This document shows, piece by piece, positions 63,857 to 64,000 of a stretch of 64,000 nucleotides of DNA. How positions within the stretch are numbered: the first letter of the stretch is position 1; every line of letters starts with the position of its first letter. The translations under genes and the position numbers were made by a program. Origin of the DNA: Haliotis rufescens. Taxonomy: Eukaryota. The stretch covers positions 24,800,001 to 24,864,000 of the forward strand of contig NW_025964001.1 of the NCBI RefSeq assembly GCF_023055435.1. Direction: 5' to 3'. Below the pieces are notes generated by a model. The model had not been told where the DNA came from and did no database searches. It was given only the letters and a program-made list of their open reading frames with translations.

Positions 63857-64000
63857 TGTTTGTCTGTTTGTTGTTTAACGCCGCACTCAGCAATATTCCA
63901 GCTATATGACGGCGGTCTGTAAATAATCAAGTTTGGACCAGACAATCCAGTGATTGATATCATGAACATCGATCCACGCAATTGGGATACGATGACTGCA
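63857..64000 (-). mobile_element. Family C 3' half, running off the window edge
   Basis: tttaacgccgcactcagcaatattccagctatatgacggcggtctgtaaataatc. Confidence 0.9.

Overview
Eukaryotic, AT-rich, repeat-dense animal genomic DNA. The SINE repertoire suggests a mollusc, probably a gastropod such as abalone; this is an inference. One intact protein-coding gene can be reconstructed by hand: a 9-coding-exon SLCO/OATP organic anion transporter on the + strand (51724-59395, 2025 nt CDS, 674 aa, all introns GT-AG and phase-consistent). The ~50 kb upstream holds four short retroposon families (here A-D), TA-flanked MITEs, five unrelated minisatellite arrays (64, 66, 31, 41 and 25 bp units), an old multi-copy duplicated segment, a recent local triplication, a few decayed retroelement fragments and a 152-N gap. 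Most notable observations: (1) the four SINE families share a 3' stem-loop with compensatory base changes; (2) the 41-bp satellite has grown inside one arm of a palindromic MITE; (3) the SLCO gene carries two potential splice-perturbing lesions, a SINE inserted in the exon-3 acceptor and a triplicated exon-4 donor; (4) family C has no tRNA head but a fixed, structured 5' end. No prokaryotic system or CRISPR array is present, and I found no clear novel protein-coding system.
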